DNA of 63,747 nt, filler included, from Octopus bimaculoides (GCF_001194135.2; 4 parts of 4 records of this genome joined end to end with filler, not necessarily neighbours in it), one strand, 5' to 3'. Positions 11,620-21,745 are shown, counted from the first letter of the whole stretch. The notes: generated by a model not told the origin, from the letters alone. Numbers and translations are program-made.

Positions 11620-11830
11620 ACATGATGGCTGTCCACTCGTGACCGAGGAAGACCATTGCCGACCTTCAGGAACAATTGTGCGCTCTAGGACTAACTTATA
11701 TTTTGCATTTGCGGCTCCGTTGGTGGCTAATGAGCCCTGCTCTTGACAAGCATACATGAGTGCAAACATTGCAGACCAAGCTTTACCCATTCACTATACG
11801 AGCCGTGCGCTTTCACGCAGCTTGCTTAAG
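11620..11830 (-). mobile_element. RTE/RTEX LINE 3' end with C2H2 finger
   Basis: Minus strand encodes LVCNVCTHVCLSRAGLISHQRSRKC (C-x2-C...H finger typical of RTE-group C-termini), then a short UTR and a (TATG)n tail. Confidence 0.6.
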
Positions 11831-11849
11831 TACATACATACATACATAT

Positions 11850-12000
11850 CTGGGACTATAAAAATGTGCAAGATCTTTTGAGATTTAAAGCATGATGAAC
11901 AAAACAAGATAGCTTTCTTCATAACTTTGCTCCCAAGAAAGTGGCCAATTAAAATTTGCTCTAAAATTAAAAACAGAAAGAGAACAACTTACATATTTGA
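11850..12000 (+). mobile_element. Fifth 3'-end copy of the RLE LINE
   Basis: TCTGGGACTATAAAAATGTGCAAGATCTTTTGAGATTTAAAG...; it starts directly after (CATA)n. Confidence 0.7.
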
Positions 12001-12339
12001 ATACAAGACTTAGCCTTACCTTTCTAAATAACAATGTTGCCAAGACAATTTTCAGTTGTATCTCCAGATAGATATATCCTGACAAGGACACAGAATGGAA
12101 CAGGCACACACCTTTAGAGATGAAGAATATAGGTGGAATATTCCAGCAAAGACAGTAGTAGCCCAGTGAAAGTAGAAGAGTTGGCATTGTTCTATAGGAC
12201 AAAGGCTGAGTGGTGAAGAAGTTCGCTTTGGGTTCAGTCCCACGATGTGGAACCTAGGGTATATGTCTTCTACACTAACCTTTAGGCCAACAAATGCTTT
12301 CAGGGAGACAAAATTTCCATTCACTGGGCCCCATTGTTT

Positions 12340-12720
12340 GAAAGCTCACAGAGTACATTTAGGAAAAAGCAAAACTCCAAAGTCATAACCTACTTAATTA
12401 TGTTATCTTACACATGTTTCTGTGAAGATTATGATTGAATTACACAATCTTGTCTGTTAAATTTTTGAAATTCATACTTCATCAGTGGTTCATGTAAGTC
12501 TGAACAAACTCTGTGAAGTTTGGTCTTCATTGTTAGAAAGACCACAGAGTACATAAAAGTAAAAGCAAAACTCCAGAGTCACGATCCATATAATTATGTT
12601 ATCTTACATGTCTCTGTGAAGATTACAATTGAATTATGCAATCTTCACCTGGTAGATTTTCTAAACGCACACTTCGTCAGAGATTCATATTAGTATGAAC
12701 ATTCGCTATGTTCTTTGTAA
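12340..12720. repeat. Diverged tandem duplication, ~196-bp unit x2
   Basis: GAAAG..CACAGAGTACAT...AATTATGTTATCTTAC...CTGTGAAGATTA...TTGAATTA starts at 12340 and again at 12536. Confidence 0.8.
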
Positions 12721-13275
12721 TAATGCAGACCAATGAATGGAAACTTGGACAATAATACAAGAGTTCTCTTTGCAGTTTTCTCTTTCAGTATACCAGGATA
12801 CACAGAGTTCTAAATACTGGTTATATGTCATGTAATTTCAATTTAAATTGCACTATGTAAGATTTTCTGCTTGACATAACATAATATGCCTGATGGTTTG
12901 GGTAAACATGGCCTCTAAATTTATTTTAAATTAATTTAATTTAATTATGTACCACAATTATTTAATTATAGAATCAATGATGTTTATCCTAATGAAACAG
13001 CTGTTGACACCAATAAAATTTGAACTGTATGCAAACTTCATGCTTTTATTCCTTGTATGCTGGTCTATGAGACTGTTTAAGTCAATTATGTATATACATA
13101 TAAATTGGTTCCACATAGATTTACAGTTATATAATAACATGTTGGAGTTTAACAACCTATTATCCAATTGAACTCTTAATTACTCAATTACCTCGTTTAT
13201 CTCATTTATGTGTATATTATCTCCTTTATCTCTTTTACTTGTATGTATATATGTATGTGTATATATATGTCTTTG

Positions 13276-13327
<52 letters not shown>

Positions 13328-13365
13328 TTTGTATGTCTATATGTATACATATAAATATGTATGTT

Positions 13366-13432
<67 letters not shown>

Positions 13433-13434
<2 letters not shown>

Positions 13435-13790
13435 TCTTTTACTTGTTTCAGTCAGTTGACTGCGGCCATGCTGGAGCACCGCCTTTAGTCGAGCAAATCG
13501 ACCCCAGGACTTATTCTTTGTAAGCCCAGTACTTATTCTATCGGTCTCTTTTTCCAAACCACGAAGTTACGGGGACGTAGACACACCACCGTATGAGGGT
13601 TTCTTAAGGCTAAATGTGCAATGTTTATTTCTAACAAAACATCCACATCATATACATATATACGACGGGCTTCTTTCAGTTTCCGTCTACCAAATCCACT
13701 CACAAGCTTTGGTCGGTCTGAGGCTATAGTAGAAGACCCATGTGGTTGGGAAACAAGCTTCTTACCACACAGCTACACCTGTGCCTATGC
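13433..13790 (-). mobile_element. SINE family A, internally deleted
   Basis: Family-A tail and head are present; part of the head is deleted near 13738. Confidence 0.85.
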
Positions 13791-13939
13791 GTAATAATGA
13801 ATTTTTAATAAGCCTGCAAGCTTTTTGCAATATCAGTGTCTAAGATTCTGAAATTCTATATATTGTGGAATAATTGTAACAGTTCTACAGCCATAAGGCA
13901 TCACTGGGTTAATTATGTGTGTGTGTGTGTGTGTGTGTA

Positions 13940-14450
13940 TAGGTAAAGTTATCTTCTGAAGTTATATGGTTGTATATATTCCCCACCTGGATAGGATGCC
14001 AATCCATTTGCAGGGTAACTCATTTTTGCCAGCTGAGTGGACCGGAGTAACGTGAAATGAAGTGTTTTGCTCAAGAACACAAAGCATTGCTTTATCCAGG
14101 AATTGAAACCACAATCTTACGATCATGAGTCCAACACCCGAACCACTAAGCCATGCACCTTCTCATCCAGGCATTGAAGAGAGTCTGTTTCTGGAGTGAA
14201 ATGAAGTGTTTTGCTCAAGAACACAATGTATTGCCTGGTCCAAGAATTGAAACCGCAGTCTTACTATCATGAGTCCAACACCCTAACCACTGAGCCATGC
14301 ACCTTCTCATCCAGGCATTGAAGAGAGTCTGTTTCTGGAGTGAAATGAAGTGTTTTGCTCAAGAACACAATGTATTGCCTGGTCCAGGAATTGAAACTAC
14401 AATCTTATGATCATGAGTCCAACACCCTAACCACTAAGCCACGCACCTCT
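13940..14450 (-). mobile_element. tRNA-headed SINE (family C) with triplicated head, 144-bp period
   Basis: The minus-strand head AGGTGCATGGCTTAGTGGTTAGGGTGTTGGACTCATGATC...GGTTTCAATTCCTGG plus GTGTTCTTGAGCAAAACACTTCATTTCAC occurs three times. The spacer TCTCATCCAGG starts at 14161 and 14305. Confidence 0.8.
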
Positions 14451-15470
14451 GCTGTGTATGTGTATGATGAGGTAGACATAGCAGCCAAATTACTCTCAAA
14501 TCAATCTTTAGTATCTCAGGAAAAGACATATTAGATGAATTAGCTCTAAGTATTACTCAAAAGACAGTATGGTAGGTCATTTCTGGAACGTCTTTAATCA
14601 TAGNNNNNNNNNNNNNNNNNNNNNNNNNNNNNNNNNNNNNNNNNNNNNNNNNNNNNNNNNNNNNNNNNNNNNNNNNNNNNNNNNNNNNNNNNNNNNNNNN
14701 NNNNNNNNNNNNNNNNNNNNNNNNNNNNNNNNNNNNNNNNNNNNNNNNNNNNNNNNNNNNNNNNNNNNNNNNNNNNNNNNNNNNNNNNNNNNNNNNNNNN
14801 NNNNNNNNNNNNNNNNNNNNNNNNNNNNNNNNNNNNNNNNNNNNNNNNNNNNNNNNNNNNNNNNNNNNNNNNNNNNNNNNNNNNNNNNNNNNNNNNNNNN
14901 NNNNNNNNNNNNNNNNNNNNNNNNNNNNNNNNNNNNNNNNTGTATATACATATATTCGTGTGTGTGTGTTCGTGTGTATAGACAGTCAGACAGGCATGCA
15001 GGCACGCAGACGGAAAGGCAGGCAGTCCGGTAGGTAGGCAGACAGACTGACAAACAGACAGGCAGACAGATAGATTGATAGATACAGACAGCCGACAGAC
15101 AGAAAGAAAGAAAGAGAGAAAAAATAAAGAAAGAAAGACAGAGGTAAACAGATAGATCTTTGAGAGATAAACTTCACCGATTATTATTTCCCTATTTGGT
15201 GGACTTAAACCGAGACAATTCAAAGGCAATCAAAATCACCGTCGTTAAATCGATGGAAAGGAAATTGCTGAAGGTAATCATGCAGATAATTAAAACAATT
15301 AAAAAAGAATCGAGGTCCCCCTCCCCTTTAGAGAGAAGATGTTTAAAGCAGACGAATACAAATCTAAGGGACTTAATTCCACATACCCTTATTCTATTAG
15401 GTATCATTCTATTATCTCCCTTCGCTTATCTCTCCTCTTTCTCAGAATAACTCTTCTCTTTGGTCTTCCT

Positions 15471-15515
15471 ATCACAATGTTTCAGCTGATGTACTCTCCA
15501 GCCTTCATCAGGTGT
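15471..15515 (-). ncRNA. Hammerhead-like motif (extra-A variant), helix III mutated
   Basis: Minus strand: ACAC-CTGATGA-A-GGCTG gagagtacat CAGCT-GAAA-CATT^-GTGAT. An inverted, 5'-truncated sister copy on + at 15650-15677 retains CAGCC-GAAA-CGTT^-GTGAT. Confidence 0.6.
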
Positions 15516-15649
15516 TCTGGTGGAATTTGCAACCCAACCCTTTATTTGACTAATGGGGTATACTGTTCTCATTCCTAAGGAATGTCGCTGATATCATTTT
15601 TTTCAGAAAATATTTTTCAAGTCCCTGCCTGGGATTGAACTTAGAATCT

Positions 15650-15760
15650 GAGGGTACATCAGCCGAAACGTTGTGATAACAACATACAAGATGAGGACAG
15701 CTATCCATCTGATGTAAATAATGTACATAATTCCTCATCCCCAAAATATAGAATAGTAAG
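15650..15760 (+). mobile_element. Penelope-like terminal repeat fragment with hammerhead half-motif
   Basis: CAGCCGAAACGTTGTG...ATGTAAATAATGTACATAATTCCTCAT. The same tail recurs at 26628-26677 as an insertion in the R4-like RT. Confidence 0.5.
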
Positions 15761-15865
15761 ATTTAATTTAAATAACTTTAACCTTTTTGTTGTTCAGATA
15801 TGCTGTTTGTGTTTCAATTAATTTTGAAAACTACAAGGAAGTTAGTAAAATAACTTTGTTATGAT

Positions 15866-16122
15866 TGTTGTTGTTGGCACTCCGTCGCTTACGACATCGA
15901 GGGTTCCAGTTGATCACGTGAAATTAGCGTGCAAGTGGCTGAGCACTCCACAGACATGTGTACCCTTAACGTAGTTCTCGGGGATATTCAGCGTGACACA
16001 GAGTGTGACAAGGCTGACCCTTTGAATTACAGGCACAACAGAAACAGGAAGTAAGAGTGAGAGAAAGTTGTGGTGGAAGAGTACAGCAGGGTTTGCCACC
16101 ATCCCCTGCCGGAGCCTCGTGG
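15866..16122 (-). mobile_element. SINE family M (partial; runs into gap)
   Basis: Reverse complement of about 1010-1277, with a ~20-bp internal deletion. Confidence 0.9.
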
Positions 16123-16811
16123 NNNNNNNNNNNNNNNNNNNNNNNNNNNNNNNNNNNNNNNNNNNNNNNNNNNNNNNNNNNNNNNNNNNNNNNNNNNNNN
16201 NNNNNNNNNNNNNNNNNNNNNNNNNNNNNNNNNNNNNNNNNNNNNNNNNNNNNNNNNNNNNNNNNNNNNNNNNNNNNNNNNNNNNNNNNNNNNNNNNNNN
16301 NNNNNNNNNNNNNNNNNNNNNNNNNNNNNNNNNNNNNNNNNNNNNNNNNNNNNNNNNNNNNNNNNNNNNNNNNNNNNNNNNNNNNNNNNNNNNNNNNNNN
16401 NNNNNNNNNNNNNNNNNNNNNNNNNNNNNNNNNNNNNNNNNNNNNNNNNNNNNNNNNNNNNNNNNNNNNNNNNNNNNNNNNNNNNNNNNNNNNNNNNNNN
16501 NNNNNNNNNNNNNNNNNNNNNNNNNNGATGTTTTATTAATTGTAACACAACAACGGGTTTTAAATTCTTTGACTGTTCATTCTAGTATTTTTCAAATTAC
16601 CAGAGTAGGTTTTTTTTGCTTGTTTTTCTTTTGTATATTTTTGTGGCTTTTTTCTTTTCTTTTCTTTTTTTTTCAGCGTTAAAACTCACAAAGAATCTTT
16701 GAAATGTCTTACAAATGTTCACTGTGCCACTTATGGATTTGGTTCAGATGATGTGTCTCATTTTATTCTGCTCTTTCTTAGTATTTCTAAGTCCTTTTTT
16801 TTATATGTGTG

Positions 16812-16845
<34 letters not shown>

Positions 16846-16859
16846 TGTGTGTGGTCAAT

Positions 16860-17080
16860 AAAATAAGTCCCTTTTGAACACTGAGGTCAATGTAATCGAC
16901 TTGTCCCTCACTTCCAATTGCTGGCCTTGTGCCAAAATTTGAAACCAATAATGTTGTTATTTTTAATTCGGTGAGCTGGTAGAATAGTTAGCATGCCAGG
17001 CAAAAAAATTACTAGCATCTTGTTGGTCTTTATGTTCTGAGTTCAAATTCCACTGAGGTCGACTTTGCTTTTCATCCTTA
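16860..17080 (+). mobile_element. SINE family B (tail piece followed by head piece)
   Basis: GGTGAGCTGGTAGAATAGTTAGCA...GTTCTGAGTTCAAATTCC..GAGGTCGACTTTGC. Related pieces lie at 28655-28850 (+), 54830-55010 (-) and 62100-62350 (-). Confidence 0.7.
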
Positions 17081-17260
17081 TTTGTTTGTATGTATATATG
17101 TATGTATATATGTGTATGTATGTGCATGTATACACATGTATGTATGTACATATGTATGAATGTCTATATATATATATATATATATATATGTGTGCATATG
17201 TATGTGTGTATGTATGTATGTATGTGTTCGTGTATGCATACGTCTATGTATGAATATATG

Positions 17261-17439
17261 CGAGGGGGTACTGAAAAGGCCTAACCCTTCGAGTTCTTTT
17301 ATAGGGCTTAGAAAAACTGAAGGACCGCTGCAATGAGTGTGTGAATCTTAGAGTGGAACATGTTGAATAAAATCATAATTAACTGATCCTCCTCTATTTT
17401 CTTTTACCCACAGCCAGGGACTTTACAGCACTCTCCTCA
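17261..17439. mobile_element. Mariner-derived MITE, deleted copy
   Basis: Homologous to 17510-17727; left TIR truncated. Confidence 0.75.
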
Positions 17440-17509
17440 TGTGTGTATATATGTATGTATGTATGTATGTAGGTGCATATGTTCATGTTTGTGTGTGTAT
17501 GAATATATA

Positions 17510-17727
17510 TGAGGGGGTGCTAAAAAGTTCCTGGTTTTAAGGGTATTGTGAAGGGCCTGGTTGGAGGTTCAACCCTCCGAGTTCTTTTACAGGGTTTAGA
17601 AAACATGAGGGACCACTGCAAATAAGTGTGTGAATCTGAAAGGGGAATACGTTGAATAAAGTTATAATTAACTGATCCTCCTGTATTTTCTTTTACACAA
17701 AACCAGGAACTTTTCAGCACCCCCTCA
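17510..17727 (+). mobile_element. Mariner-derived MITE, ~30-bp TIRs, TA TSD
   Basis: TGAGGGGGTGCTAAAAAGTTCCTGGTTTT / AAAACCAGGAACTTTTCAGCACCCCCTCA flanked by TA. The interior retains the transposase C-terminus (GLENMRDHC..KCVNLKGEYVE*, with a 1-nt indel). Confidence 0.85.
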
Positions 17728-17764
17728 TATGTGTATATGTATGTATAAATATATATGTATGTAT

Positions 17765-17882
17765 GTCATTATACAGTTTATTTCAAGATTTCTTGCCAAT
17801 AGAGAAAGAACCGGTTTCTAACCTAGATCCAAGGTTCCTTCATTGGAATTTCAACATGAACAACAGGTCATTTTTGCTTGTA

Positions 17883-17913
<31 letters not shown>

Positions 17914-18186
17914 ATATATGTTTATATGTATGTGCAGATGTGTATGTTTTATGTATGTATTCTCATGTATATAGCTACATATCTAGACATGCGCATATAT
18001 ATTTAAATGATAAACTTCTGGAAAGTTTCACAGATTTTTACAGTTCCAGTGATGGATTGGATCTGTAGTCTTTGAATTAGCTTTCTCCTTTCTGGTTTTG
18101 CGAAGACTAATTTCTCAAGATTGGTATTTAGGCAGTGTGTTGCATATCCCAGGGCCCCAATAATTACAGGTATAAACCTGAACTTG
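17765..18186 (-). mobile_element. RLE-type LINE 3' fragment(s) in (CATA)n
   Basis: YKFRFIPVIIGALGYATHCLNTNLEKLVFAKPERRKLIQRLQIQSITGTVKICETFQKF* at 18003-18186, plus a 3' UTR at 17765-17875. Both ends abut (TACA)n. Confidence 0.8.
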
Positions 18187-18254
18187 TATGTATGTATGTA
18201 TGTATGTATGGGATACATGTGTGGTTGCACAAATCAAACTTCAATACTTCTCTC

Positions 18255-19817
18255 TCAAAGCAATTCCATTTCTTCCAAAGTGACCTTAGGCGGGTTTTTC
18301 TTCCTCACCCACCCACCCCGTATGGCATCGATGCGTCGATGAATCGGCGGCAGAATGAGGAGTAGTTTGAGGAAGAGGACAAAGAAAGGGGTCAGACAAC
18401 AGAGGAAGGACTTCTCCGCATAGAAGTTCATACCGAGGGCTTGCCAGTACGGCACGAAAAGCAGCGTCACGTGCGCCGCTGCAAGAAAGAGAGTGGCGTA
18501 GCCCAAGTGACTCTGGAAGAAACGCCACTCGCGCCAGTTGAGGCGTGACCCCACAGATGGTAATGTCACGATTCCAACCACCGATAATGTTATGAACGAC
18601 AATATACCAACACTAAGCCCAACACTGCTGGTTAATGTTAACGATTGTGGCTTTTGCTGGTGGTGGTGTCTGTTGTTGCCATTTTCGTTGTAATAAGTGT
18701 TGTTGTTGCTGTTGTCATTTTTGTAGTGGTTAATGTTGTTGTTGTTGGTGTTGTTTTTCTTATTGTTGTTGCTGCTGTCGCTGTTGTTACTGTTGTTGAT
18801 ATTCACGGTAGCGTAGTAATTGCTGTAGGTATAGTGGGGGTAGTATTGACTGCTACTATGAACATTGTTGTCGTTGATGTTGCTGTGGTAGCTGCTGCTG
18901 TCGCTGCCCCTGCTGCTACTGCCACTACTACTACTGCTGCTGCTTGCTTGAGTGGAGTATAGGAATGGCATAGTGGACGGTGACACCAAAATCAAAGAGA
19001 TAACTACATGCCAGAACGCAAAGAGGATAGCGGTGAGGCCAAGAACCTTCCTAGATTTGAGCCACTCGTCCATCCAGGGAGGGAAACGCTTATATTTGGT
19101 TCCGTAACACAACTGGACAAGTGCAGCTAGGCAGCCCGGAAAATACGTTAGCGCAAGAAGACTAATGGCGGACAACGCAAGTAAAACATTCAGGAGATTG
19201 AGTGGAATTTTCTGCCAATGGTAGACCTGCCTTGGAGACGCTCGCTGTTTGCGGACCTCGTTGAAAACAAGAAGTGAGAACCAAAGAAGAACTACGCAAC
19301 ATGTGATGCATGCTGGGACGGCCCAGCCTTTCATGAACATGTGGGGGAGGGCCTCGATGTCGTGTGCAGTAGTCAGGTCCCCGCGGCATATTGGACTGAA
19401 TCCCATGTGGCGAATGACCCGTCCGACCTTGTTGACAGCGTTGATATCGTTGCCTGCTAGGTATACAGTGGTGCGTGACGTGGCGTCGGATGAAAGCCCT
19501 TCTAGTACGTCTGGCGCCAGGGTATTGAGTCCTTTCACAATGTGTGCATTCGGAAACTGTTCGGCTAACACTTCAGCATTTGATGGCTGACCGCCACTTG
19601 GTTTCCGGGATCGATTCGACACATCGACAAGAACTTTGCCGCCGAGCAGGTCCTTATAAGGAGTAAGAAGGGAGACCATGTGACGGAACTGGAGCGCAAG
19701 GAACAGGACTCGCACGTCACTGTTTTCAAGGCATTTCTCAACACTGGTGAACTGCACGACGTCTGGGACTGGACGCGATCCGTTGAACTTCCGTCGAGAA
19801 GGACATCGACTTCCCAA
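18255..19817 (-). CDS. STEAP: STEAP2/3/4-type metalloreductase (NADPH oxidoreductase domain plus 6-TM heme domain); 5' end hidden in gap 19818-20726
   Basis: 520 uninterrupted codons ending in TGA. Motifs: LGSR (NADPH 2'-phosphate site), KVLVDVSN, SNAEVLA..FP..HIVKGLN, QL..GTKY.RFP.W...WL..RK, heme His residues in FWHV and AAAHV, LNWREW.F.QS.LG and IRGGW. The ORF-track start at 20972 is an artefact of reading through Ns into a SINE. Confidence 0.95.
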   Translation of the reverse strand: MGSRCPSRRKFNGSRPVPDVVQFTSVEKCLENSDVRVLFLALQFRHMVSLLTPYKDLLGGKVLVDVSNRSRKPSGGQPSNAEVLAEQFPNAHIVKGLNTLAPDVLEGLSSDATSRTTVYLAGNDINAVNKVGRVIRHMGFSPICRGDLTTAHDIEALPHMFMKGWAVPACITCCVVLLWFSLLVFNEVRKQRASPRQVYHWQKIPLNLLNVLLALSAISLLALTYFPGCLAALVQLCYGTKYKRFPPWMDEWLKSRKVLGLTAILFAFWHVVISLILVSPSTMPFLYSTQASSSSSSSGSSSRGSDSSSYHSNINDNNVHSSSQYYPHYTYSNYYATVNINNSNNSDSSNNNKKNNTNNNNINHYKNDNSNNNTYYNENGNNRHHHQQKPQSLTLTSSVGLSVGILSFITLSVVGIVTLPSVGSRLNWREWRFFQSHLGYATLFLAAAHVTLLFVPYWQALGMNFYAEKSFLCCLTPFFVLFLKLLLILPPIHRRIDAIRGGWVRKKNPPKVTLEEMELL

Positions 19818-20754
19818 NNNNNNNNNNNNNNNNNNNNNNNNNNNNNNNNNNNNNNNNNNNNNNNNNNNNNNNNNNNNNNNNNNNNNNNNNNNNNNNNNNN
19901 NNNNNNNNNNNNNNNNNNNNNNNNNNNNNNNNNNNNNNNNNNNNNNNNNNNNNNNNNNNNNNNNNNNNNNNNNNNNNNNNNNNNNNNNNNNNNNNNNNNN
20001 NNNNNNNNNNNNNNNNNNNNNNNNNNNNNNNNNNNNNNNNNNNNNNNNNNNNNNNNNNNNNNNNNNNNNNNNNNNNNNNNNNNNNNNNNNNNNNNNNNNN
20101 NNNNNNNNNNNNNNNNNNNNNNNNNNNNNNNNNNNNNNNNNNNNNNNNNNNNNNNNNNNNNNNNNNNNNNNNNNNNNNNNNNNNNNNNNNNNNNNNNNNN
20201 NNNNNNNNNNNNNNNNNNNNNNNNNNNNNNNNNNNNNNNNNNNNNNNNNNNNNNNNNNNNNNNNNNNNNNNNNNNNNNNNNNNNNNNNNNNNNNNNNNNN
20301 NNNNNNNNNNNNNNNNNNNNNNNNNNNNNNNNNNNNNNNNNNNNNNNNNNNNNNNNNNNNNNNNNNNNNNNNNNNNNNNNNNNNNNNNNNNNNNNNNNNN
20401 NNNNNNNNNNNNNNNNNNNNNNNNNNNNNNNNNNNNNNNNNNNNNNNNNNNNNNNNNNNNNNNNNNNNNNNNNNNNNNNNNNNNNNNNNNNNNNNNNNNN
20501 NNNNNNNNNNNNNNNNNNNNNNNNNNNNNNNNNNNNNNNNNNNNNNNNNNNNNNNNNNNNNNNNNNNNNNNNNNNNNNNNNNNNNNNNNNNNNNNNNNNN
20601 NNNNNNNNNNNNNNNNNNNNNNNNNNNNNNNNNNNNNNNNNNNNNNNNNNNNNNNNNNNNNNNNNNNNNNNNNNNNNNNNNNNNNNNNNNNNNNNNNNNN
20701 NNNNNNNNNNNNNNNNNNNNNNNNNAAGAAGCCCATCGTATATTTGTATATATA

Positions 20755-20990
20755 TGTGGCTGTGTGGTAAGTAGCTTCCTTACCAACCACATAGTTCTGG
20801 GTTCAGTCCCACTGCGTGGCACCTTGGGCAAGTGAATTCTACTATAGCCTCGGGCCGACCAAAGCCTTGTGAGAGGATTTGGTAGAGCGAAAACTGAAAG
20901 AAGCCCGTCGTATATACGTATGTATATATATATATATATTTGTGTGTCTGTGTTTGTCCCCCCCCCCATCATCGCTTGACAACCGATGCT
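20755..20990 (+). mobile_element. SINE family A, 5' two-thirds
   Basis: tRNA head, internal (TA)n and GTCCCCCC..ATCGCTTGACAACCGATGC. Confidence 0.85.
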
Positions 20991-21504
20991 TGATAACGTT
21001 CCAGGTTATTTCCACTATTCCCATTGATGGATCGTGCACTTTCTGGATCCTGCACTTTCTTGCATTCTTGTCTTCCCTTCCTAGTCTTACGTCTGAGTTA
21101 ATTACTGTTGCTTTCCTGTGATTAGAGCTTCTGCTACGACTATTTTTCACATTCCTAGCTTGGTCAGTTATACTAACATCATTACTATATATTGCTAGTC
21201 CACTACACCTTCTCCCTCACCTTATGACCACTCCGCACTTATGACAACGAAAACGTAAATGTATCATTCGAGATGCTATGTGTTGCTATTTTTAAGATAT
21301 ATCACGAAAAAATGCAACAAAAAACCCCATCAAACAAAGCTCGCCATGTTCCTTGGAAACCCATCTACTTCAACCCAGGAACATGACTATGAAGATTAAA
21401 AATTTATCTTCATTTACACTTTTTCCAACCCATGCCAGCATGGAAAACAGATGTTAAATAATGATTATGATGATGATGTGTGTGTGTGTAAGAGAGAGAG
21501 ATGA

Positions 21505-21745
21505 ATATATACTCTTTACTCTTTTACTTGTTTCAGTCGTTTGACTGCGGCCATGCTGGGGCAACGCCTTTAGTCGAGCAAATCGACCCCAGGACTTATT
21601 CTTTGTAAGCCTAGTACTTATTCTATCGGTCTCTTTTTGCCGAACCGATAAGTTACGGGGACGTAAATACACCAGCATCGGTTGTCAAGCAATGTTGGGA
21701 GGTGGGGACAAACACAGACACACATACATATATATATATATATAT
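21505..21745 (-). mobile_element. SINE family A, 3' half
   Basis: Family-A tail; the sequence breaks into an N gap at the internal (TA)n. Confidence 0.85.

Noticed and set aside
12022-12113. Possible minus-strand exon (CTCTAAAG acceptor, AAG|GTAAGG donor; GVCLFHSVSLSGYIYLEIQLKIVLATLLFRK)
   Set aside because: No partner exons or recognisable homology, and it lies amid TE debris; unsupported without RNA data.
12340-12720. ~196-bp tandem units each containing CTGAYGA on minus, suggestive of a retrozyme array
   Set aside because: No stem II, GAAA, helix III and NUH arrangement could be built in either unit.
18645-18962. Plus-strand hydrophobic ORF (MWLLLVVVSVVAIFVV...) resembling a membrane protein
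   Set aside because: It is the antisense reading of the Asn/Ser triplet repeats in STEAP.
19818-20972. 905-aa ORF suggesting a long STEAP N-terminus
   Set aside because: It reads through ~900 Ns into a family-A SINE; only 18255-19817 is supported.
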